DNA of 64,000 nt from a virus. The stretch's first letter is position 1. Each line of letters begins with the position of its first letter. A model generated the notes under the pieces. The model did not search any database. It saw nothing but the letters and a program-made list of their open reading frames with translations, and was not told where the DNA came from. This document shows, piece after piece, positions 58,475-64,000 of this stretch. Position numbers and translations under genes: made by a program. The DNA lies in IMG/VR virus record IMGVR_UViG_3300033149_002333, positions 2,976 through 66,975 of that record; one strand, given 5' to 3'.

Positions 58475-58848
58475 CGTTGCGACTCCTTGTGGGGGGTGCA
58501 AGCTCTCTTGTAGACCTGTTTGATTAGATCCACTGCTTCCTGAAGAGTTCCTGCTGCTGAGTTGCTGAACAGCTCGTGGTGAAAGCACACAGTGTTTCGA
58601 AGGACAGACAGGACTGCTAAACGCTCATGGAGTGCCGTGGCGTCGGTGGTCCAGCGAGCGTATTCCAACCACCCTGCTGCCGTCCACAGAATGGCAGTGA
58701 AATCACTGAGATGGGGGTCGCAGCCACACCCCCTCGGACATGCGTCGGGGTCACCTTCGCAATCTGGAGCGTGTACGTGCTTGCGTAACCGTCGTTCTAT
58801 CGTCTTGCATTCTTTGAGCAGTTCCTCAGTCCAAACCTCTTCATTCAT
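58471..58848 (-). CDS. HAPxC..CPxxCxCxP family paralog 1
   Basis: Shared N-terminal motif. Confidence 0.8.
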   Translation of the reverse strand: MNEEVWTEELLKECKTIERRLRKHVHAPDCEGDPDACPRGCGCDPHLSDFTAILWTAAGWLEYARWTTDATALHERLAVLSVLRNTVCFHHELFSNSAAGTLQEAVDLIKQVYKRACTPHKESQR

Positions 58849-59045
58849 TGTCCTACCCTCCTTTTTAGAGTCTTAACCGGGCGCAGCTTTTTGCTCAACT
58901 TATGCACCCTGATCACTTTCTCCCAGCCTTCAGGACGCAACCAATAAGATCGAGCGTTTTCTTTAACGACCTCAACTCGATGCCGCGTTCCATCGCTAGT
59001 TACAAACCTATCAGGCTGTGGTCGCTTGATCCAAAACTTAGCCAT
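58845..59045 (-). CDS. Small basic hypothetical protein
   Basis: Coupled to both neighbours. Confidence 0.6.
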   Translation of the reverse strand: MAKFWIKRPQPDRFVTSDGTRHRVEVVKENARSYWLRPEGWEKVIRVHKLSKKLRPVKTLKRRVGQ

Positions 59046-59973
59046 CTATCACTCCAAATGGGTCCCAAAAATCAACCTCATACAATGATTGCATAATAGG
59101 CTCGTGCGCGGCCAGACTGGCCAAGCTGCAAAGCGCCAGATACGGACATTCGCGATTAAAGTTCATGCAATTCCAAGCCTGTGGCCACGCGCGGAATTGT
59201 TCGTCCTCGGCCAGCGCGGCTTCGGCTTCAACCCCGCGCTTGATAGCTTCGATATGACGAATCAACGACGTTTGCCACTCGGCCATCTGCCAGTCGGTAT
59301 ACTCAATCGGCACGCGAGTAAGCATCTCATCGGGCGGGGCGGATTTCGAAACTCCCAGAATATCCAACTCCCCCTTCGGACGACGGTTGCTCAGGCGCTC
59401 GACCAGCCAAGAATACGTCTGAAACTGCGGATTAGGCACGTGGATGAATTTATTGACGTATTTCGTGGTTTTGTAATCAGCGAAAACCAGCTCCCTATCC
59501 GAACGCTCCATGATTTTGTCAATCCGCCCGCAGATATAAATCCCGTCAGCGACTTCTTCGGCAAGCGGAACTTCGACTTCCAGCACCTTACGCTCATCTT
59601 TGCGGTATTTGTCGAAGTACGCATCTAGCAGCACACTACCATAAAGCATCGTGTAGGTGGCTTTCAAGGGTTTGCCAGTCTTGGGGGAGGTGGCTTCAGG
59701 TTCTTCGAGTCCTTCGAACGCCTCTCGGAACGCTCGAAGCGCGGCATCGTCATCTCGACTAGTCAACTCCCACGTTTCCAGCGCTTGATGAATTGCGGCG
59801 CCGAAATTCAACCCGTAGCTTTGCCTCACGTTAATGTCTTTACGCACCAACCCTAGTCGATGTCGATAGAAATATTTCCTTGGACAACTCAAAAAGGTCG
59901 AGATCATCGAGTTGTCGAATATCTCAACCCCTTGAGCGCGGAGTTGCTGAATAGTCGATTCGGAGGCTTTCAA
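59038..59973 (-). CDS. PD-(D/E)XK nuclease, RecB/Cas4-like
   Basis: CPRKY, FGAAIH, GRIDKI..ADYKTT, Q...Y, C.....CPY..LC. Confidence 0.9.
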   Translation of the reverse strand: MKASESTIQQLRAQGVEIFDNSMISTFLSCPRKYFYRHRLGLVRKDINVRQSYGLNFGAAIHQALETWELTSRDDDAALRAFREAFEGLEEPEATSPKTGKPLKATYTMLYGSVLLDAYFDKYRKDERKVLEVEVPLAEEVADGIYICGRIDKIMERSDRELVFADYKTTKYVNKFIHVPNPQFQTYSWLVERLSNRRPKGELDILGVSKSAPPDEMLTRVPIEYTDWQMAEWQTSLIRHIEAIKRGVEAEAALAEDEQFRAWPQAWNCMNFNRECPYLALCSLASLAAHEPIMQSLYEVDFWDPFGVIDG

Positions 59974-60371
59974 GAGTTCTCCTTTATATTATGGAGCATT
60001 TTAACCAAAAGCTCGCGTTGCTGCTTGTTCAAACCTTTGAGTTGGTCTTCCAGCGTTTTGGGCTTAGCGGTTCGGCGACTCCGACGAGCTTTCCTAAAAC
60101 TGCTGAACTCAGGAAGCGCACGCTCTAGGCCTAGAGCTTTTTGGAACTCGCTTGGCTGGAGGTCGAACCTCGCGCAGATCCACTCCGGGGTTCGGCCTGT
60201 TGGGAGTAAGTTTTTGAGTTCGAACAGCCTTGAGGTCGGCTCGTCGGAGTCTAACAGCTCAACTACGGCTTGTTGCTGCGGTGCAAGGGCCGTGATGCGC
60301 ACCGCAAAGCCATGTAGGCGAGCGCGGGGTTGGTTTATGATAGCTAGTTGACCGGGTGCGAAATTGGGCAT
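59970..60371 (-). CDS. Hypothetical protein
   Basis: 133 aa; coupled to the nuclease gene. Confidence 0.6.
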   Translation of the reverse strand: MPNFAPGQLAIINQPRARLHGFAVRITALAPQQQAVVELLDSDEPTSRLFELKNLLPTGRTPEWICARFDLQPSEFQKALGLERALPEFSSFRKARRSRRTAKPKTLEDQLKGLNKQQRELLVKMLHNIKENS

Positions 60372-60373
60372 GG

Positions 60374-60493
60374 TTAGTCTTTTTCATCCATCAACTTAGC
60401 CAAGTCGTTAAACAAAACAGCCAGCAGCATCAAAACCACCGACGCTATTGCACAGCCTATTCCGAAAACTAACACACTCTCCCAGAAAGTCAT
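60374..60493 (-). CDS. 39-aa single-TM peptide (below the ORF-track cutoff)
   Basis: MTFWESVLVFGIGCAIASVVLMLLAVLF; AAAGGAG RBS. Confidence 0.55.
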   Translation of the reverse strand: MTFWESVLVFGIGCAIASVVLMLLAVLFNDLAKLMDEKD

Positions 60494-60515
60494 TTTCGAC
60501 TCCTTTACTCAGCTC

Positions 60516-60686
60516 TTAGTTCTCGATCACCTGAACATAGTCGTGAACCTGGCCACAAGTCGCGCAAACCGGAGCTACATCCCACTCCGAGTCAGCAAAC
60601 ACTGGATAGCAATTATCCCTTGGTGCACACTCAACACAAAATACGTCGCAGTCGCAAACAACCGCTCTATAATCGTAACTCTTCAT
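60516..60686 (-). CDS. 56-aa Zn-ribbon protein (below the ORF-track cutoff)
   Basis: FCVEC..VCATCG.VH; GGAGG RBS, ATGA coupling. Confidence 0.6.
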   Translation of the reverse strand: MKSYDYRAVVCDCDVFCVECAPRDNCYPVFADSEWDVAPVCATCGQVHDYVQVIEN

Positions 60687-60910
60687 GCGTCCTCCAAATT
60701 AACTAAGTCCAAGTCGGACTCGGTTAGATAATCATAAGTCCACAAACCGTGCTTGATCGGAACTCGCACCTTCTCAGGACTACGCTTCCAAACCTTGGGC
60801 CGACCGTTCACCCGCCAGCGCTGTGGAGTGCCGTCGGCGTTGCGATTACGGACATGATGCAGTACCTGTCCGGGCCGGAGTTGTTTGGCTTGCTCTAAAC
60901 TGATTGGCAT
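60683..60910 (-). CDS. Phage hypothetical protein
   Basis: RNADGTP.RWRVNG.PK.WKR.P..VRVP.KHGL. Confidence 0.7.
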   Translation of the reverse strand: MPISLEQAKQLRPGQVLHHVRNRNADGTPQRWRVNGRPKVWKRSPEKVRVPIKHGLWTYDYLTESDLDLVNLEDA

Positions 60911-61194
60911 CGAGAAACCCCCTCTCGTTGTTGGTACCATAGGAGTTCTTTCTTAACTACTCTGGCGACGTAGTCCCAGTCGAGGATGTCGCAAGGACAT
61001 TCTGGGCCCCTATTTGGGCTCTTGGGATTCAGCTCCGGTAGAGGAAACCATTGGTAACACTTCCAACAAATGGCATTAAGGGAAAGAGTCTTCTCCCACG
61101 GGCAGTTGTTGCTCCTGCCAACCTTTGAGTAACCAAGCCATGATTTGACTCTCCGCCAATCATCTTCTGTCATCCAACTGAGGTCTCTGTCCAT
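60895..61194 (-). CDS. Cys-rich hypothetical protein
   Basis: AGGAGGT RBS; CPW..C.KC..CPC. Confidence 0.6.
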   Translation of the reverse strand: MDRDLSWMTEDDWRRVKSWLGYSKVGRSNNCPWEKTLSLNAICWKCYQWFPLPELNPKSPNRGPECPCDILDWDYVARVVKKELLWYQQREGVSRCQSV

Positions 61195-61214
61195 AAATTC
61201 TGAACCTCCTTTGT

Positions 61215-61433
61215 TTATTTCACTGAACGTGCCTCCACTGGGGGTGCACAATTGGAGGTTTCCTGCTCGGGCAGTTGGGCAGCTTTCAGCGTTCGGATGT
61301 CTTTGGTAAACTGCCACAAGTCACTAATAAACACGTAAGCCTCGATGTCAGAATGGAAGTCCTTGTACCACCACGGCCCGCCCGGACGATCAGGCGGGGC
61401 TCCTTTCATCCAATAGTAGACTCTCGTGGGCAT
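61215..61433 (-). CDS. Hypothetical protein
   Basis: AGGAGG RBS. Confidence 0.6.
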   Translation of the reverse strand: MPTRVYYWMKGAPPDRPGGPWWYKDFHSDIEAYVFISDLWQFTKDIRTLKAAQLPEQETSNCAPPVEARSVK

Positions 61434-61612
61434 TCCGAAGCCTCCTTTTCATACCGCGCGATTTCCTCCCTAGAATAAACCCTAACCCGTCCACTCCGCC
61501 TGCGTTCTCTGGTCCAAGTTTTAGGCCAACCACGCACTCCTGCGTTCATTAAATGAAGCGGGCGGTAGCTTTGAGCGTAGTCCTGAGAAATCGAGGTGCT
61601 TTCTGGTCTCAT
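61406..61612 (-). CDS. Hypothetical protein
   Basis: AAAGGAG RBS; VRVYSREEI. Confidence 0.55.
   Translation of the reverse strand: MRPESTSISQDYAQSYRPLHLMNAGVRGWPKTWTRERRRSGRVRVYSREEIARYEKEASECPRESTIG
61545..61557. promoter_or_regulatory. Palindrome TTCATTWAATGAA, copy 5 of 5
   Basis: Exact match. Confidence 0.5.
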
Positions 61613-61631
61613 TTTAGGCTCCTTTTCTGAG

Positions 61632-62012
61632 TCATACCAACGGCCTGAAGGCTTTGACGAGCAATGTTTGATAAGTCCTATCGTAACCGACTATATAATC
61701 ATCTTGACGTGCTGTGGCCCCTCTGTATTCTACTTGTACGATCTTCAATTGGGATAATGGAAAATCTTCAAACGCTTTGTTCCAGTTTTCGCATAGTTTC
61801 TCAGCTTCTCTTTTTGTAGGTAGAAGGCAGAAGCCGTCGCCAAGCTTGGACTCGTCCCAAACAATCCAGCCATCCGGATTGATGGTGTAACGTTCATGTG
61901 ACGTAGCTATGGCGGTATACCAGCACTCCTCATCAGTCGAGCTAAAGAGTTTCCAAGCTTTCCCCGACTTGTGCTTCGGGACGGTGTGCCTTTTGTGAAT
62001 ACTGTTACACAT
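61632..62012 (-). CDS. Hypothetical protein
   Basis: AAAGGAG RBS; 126 aa. Confidence 0.7.
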   Translation of the reverse strand: MCNSIHKRHTVPKHKSGKAWKLFSSTDEECWYTAIATSHERYTINPDGWIVWDESKLGDGFCLLPTKREAEKLCENWNKAFEDFPLSQLKIVQVEYRGATARQDDYIVGYDRTYQTLLVKAFRPLV

Positions 62013-62034
62013 CTTTCAACTCCTTTCTTCAACT

Positions 62035-62132
62035 AAAAAACCCCCGACCCGAACATCAAAACCTCGTCATCGTCCCAGCTTGAACTCGGAGGAAAAGGAG
62101 ACCCTCGGGCATAAGGGCGTTCGGATCGGGGG
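62035..62132 (-). ncRNA. Structured RNA or atypical terminator candidate
   Basis: 14-bp closing stem enclosing 64 nt, followed directly by U6 on the - strand. Confidence 0.5.
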
Positions 62133-62158
62133 TGAGCTGACTCGAGTTTGCGCGCATC

Positions 62159-62446
62159 CTACCACTCGCCTAGCAAGTCCCTCAGTTTCTCTTCAGCCCC
62201 AGGAATACGATTGAGTCGTTTCAACAACTCAGCTACCCTGGGGTCGACCTTCGGGGTGCCCGACTTCTTGGCTTGTGGTTTGGCCACAACCGTAGGCTCG
62301 ACTTCAATAATCAGCTTGTCGAACTCTGCTTGCAAAGCGTCTCGCTCAGCTTGCAACCTGGAAGCTTCTGCCCAAACCTCGCGAATCTTACCATCTAGCC
62401 TTGACTTGCGGCGTTGGATTTCATCTAAACGTTCGCGAGCTGTCAT
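62159..62446 (-). CDS. Coiled-coil hypothetical protein
   Basis: AAAGGAG RBS; heptad pattern. Confidence 0.65.
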   Translation of the reverse strand: MTARERLDEIQRRKSRLDGKIREVWAEASRLQAERDALQAEFDKLIIEVEPTVVAKPQAKKSGTPKVDPRVAELLKRLNRIPGAEEKLRDLLGEW

Positions 62447-62652
62447 TTCGCAGACTCCTTTTCGAACTGAGACGAAGCTGACTCTTCCAGCGGCAGGGAA
62501 GCTAAGTACTCAAGTTCTTCTGCGCGTTGCAAAGCCAACTCAAGTCCCGATAGTTTCAAATACGGCACTACGCCGCGCATGGTTTGAATTCGATAAACAG
62601 CCGAGGCGAGAGTTTGATCGACAGCTTTCTGGATTGTTAGGTTCTTGGGCAT
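62443..62652 (-). CDS. Hypothetical protein
   Basis: AAAGGAGCCTACC-ATG. Confidence 0.6.
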   Translation of the reverse strand: MPKNLTIQKAVDQTLASAVYRIQTMRGVVPYLKLSGLELALQRAEELEYLASLPLEESASSQFEKESAK

Positions 62653-62685
62653 GGTAGGCTCCTTTTGTCGTTTCGAGGGTTTAGT

Positions 62686-63006
62686 TTATGCGATCCGTTT
62701 GTACAACTGCGGAGGCTCCCCGGCGTAGGTGTCAACTCCCATGTATTTACCGTCGGGCGTCAGTATTTGATTTATGCCCAACCCCTCTAGTGTCTCACCT
62801 CGGAACAGAGCTAGAGTTCCGTAACCAATGTCTCGAACTAGGGTTATGGTCTCACCCTCGTCGATGACTACCACCTTCCTACACCACAGGTACGGTTTTT
62901 CGGCAGCGATCCAGTCTTTCATGCTTGGGTCGATACCAAACCACGCTTCTCGGTCGCTCAGGTCTGCCTGAGCTCGCAACTGGTCTTTCATACTTTCTGT
63001 TAACAT
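62686..63006 (-). CDS. Hypothetical protein
   Basis: AAAGGAGCCTACC-ATG at 63006. Confidence 0.65.
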   Translation of the reverse strand: MLTESMKDQLRAQADLSDREAWFGIDPSMKDWIAAEKPYLWCRKVVVIDEGETITLVRDIGYGTLALFRGETLEGLGINQILTPDGKYMGVDTYAGEPPQLYKRIA

Positions 63007-63146
63007 GGTAGGCTCCTTTTTATTATGGGATTGATCAAGCTGGCTAGATATGGCCAAGCGCTGGCTATATATAGCCAAAATTGCCTTGAAAATCCGGCTT
63101 TTCTCGAGCTTTATCCTTATTCATGCAAGCTCCATGCCAAAAGAGC

Positions 63147-63761
63147 CTATATTCCCAATTTGCGCTTACTCTTCAACTCCCTAACCCTCTCTAACACCAA
63201 CCGTGCATTTTGCATAACCACCTCATCCCTCCAGTCCAACGGTTTCACGCCTTTCCTGCCCGCGATGCGAGCTTTAAGAACCGCAGCCCTCTGAACCAAC
63301 CAGCCTTCTTCAAGCGTTGGGTAAAAATAAAAGTTTCTGCCCCGGGGCCAAACCTTCGAGCACTCTTCACACACCAGCACACAATTAGGCTCCTCGAACT
63401 GCCCGCCGTCCTTTGGCCGGATACGTTGCTTAACCGTCCAATCATTCTTTGTCCCCATGCCTCCAACTGGCTTCAAACATACCCTGCACTTCCCCATGTC
63501 TCGGCCTATCACCGCGGCAACCACGGCCCAACGAGGCTTCGGGGTTCGACTCATCACTACATTCAAACCGCCTACCGAGTCAGCCAACCACTGAATTAAC
63601 TCCCCACCAAACCTTCTAACCCGTTGTTGGTTTTGCTGGGCCTTACACACCTGATGATACGCTGGCTTAGTTCTCTCATCCTCTTGGACTCCCAGTTTTT
63701 GGTGCTGCTGGTTAGCATACTCATGATCTAGGTCTTCTAGGAGTTTGTCGAATGATGTCAT
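63147..63761 (-). CDS. HNH-like Zn-finger protein with degenerate active site
   Basis: RD..KCRVC..P.DGG....NC..VCEEC; canonical His residues absent. Confidence 0.7.
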   Translation of the reverse strand: MTSFDKLLEDLDHEYANQQHQKLGVQEDERTKPAYHQVCKAQQNQQRVRRFGGELIQWLADSVGGLNVVMSRTPKPRWAVVAAVIGRDMGKCRVCLKPVGGMGTKNDWTVKQRIRPKDGGQFEEPNCVLVCEECSKVWPRGRNFYFYPTLEEGWLVQRAAVLKARIAGRKGVKPLDWRDEVVMQNARLVLERVRELKSKRKLGI

Positions 63762-63777
63762 GACCTGGGTCCTCCCC

Positions 63778-63980
63778 TAAGTGATTGAAATTGCTATGAT
63801 TTATTATAATTATTAAATAAGGAAATGTCAAGGGCGGTAAGATATTGAAATGATTAGGTAATTAAGGCAAGGATGCCGGAAGATAATTTAACCTTGCATG
63901 GTCGGTAAGCTATTGAAATCTTTGGAAAAATAATAAATTCAAAAATTCACGCTTTTAGGTGTCCGCTAAGCCTTCGAAAT
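63778..63980 (+). repeat. Four spaced TAAGNNWTYGAAAT repeats, IHF-box-like
   Basis: Copies at 63778, 63838, 63906 and 63967 in AT-rich non-coding DNA. Confidence 0.65.
63803..63831 (-). promoter_or_regulatory. Consensus sigma70 promoter for the - arm
   Basis: TTGACA (63831-63826), 17-nt spacer, TATAAT (63808-63803), ~40 nt upstream of ATG 63761. Confidence 0.9.
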
Positions 63981-64000
63981 CATTAGCAAAATATTAAATA

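Larger units (their letters stand above)
1..64000. mobile_element. Tailed bacteriophage genome, near-complete, podovirus-like
   Basis: TerL, portal, scaffold, MCP, adaptors, nozzle and ejection-like genes on +; replication genes on -. No tape measure, sheath or host housekeeping genes. Confidence 0.93.

Noticed and set aside
59038-59973. Cas4-like nuclease as evidence of CRISPR-Cas
   Set aside because: No array or other cas genes; the Sak4/SSB context indicates phage recombination.
49318-63019. Repeated AAAGGAGCCTA on the - strand (49318, 56031, 61615, 62655, 63009)
   Set aside because: Every copy lies just before a start codon, so it is explained as a shared ribosome-binding context.
63785-63810. 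Plus-strand promoter TTGAAA...TATAAT
   Set aside because: The spacer is only 14 nt; the minus-strand promoter is a perfect consensus.
1-64000. Many short antisense or nested ORFs, alternative genetic code, integrase/att, tRNAs, DGR or retron
   Set aside because: Shadow ORFs lack RBS or motifs and overlap well-supported genes; code 11 gives dense tiling; no recombinase, tRNA or reverse transcriptase was recognised.

Overview
The window looks like most of a ~64-kb tailed-phage genome, probably podovirus-like, infecting a diderm bacterium. It has two convergent arms. The + arm (1-34.8 kb) encodes terminase, portal, scaffold, major capsid, several fibre/spike proteins, three adaptor-like proteins, a nozzle, an M15 peptidase and ejection-like proteins. 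The - arm (34.9-63.8 kb) starts at a perfect sigma70 promoter and encodes a Sak4-like ATPase, SSB, PD-(D/E)XK nuclease, UDG-PolA fusion and a ParB-methyltransferase. Unusual content: (1) a ~13.5-kb sugar biosynthesis/tailoring cluster (WbpB, WbpD, DegT aminotransferase, three PP-loop amidoligases, GT4, a polytopic membrane protein, a deacetylase, a radical SAM enzyme); (2) an O-antigen-ligase/O-OTase-family gene in the capsid operon; (3) fibre/spike proteins with apparent signal peptides; (4) a MotA/ExbB plus MotB/ExbD-like pair; (5) a 13-bp palindrome present five times; (6) a four-copy Cys/His paralog family; (7) a structured RNA candidate. No integrase, tRNA or CRISPR array was seen. All calls come from motif recognition by eye; no searches were run.
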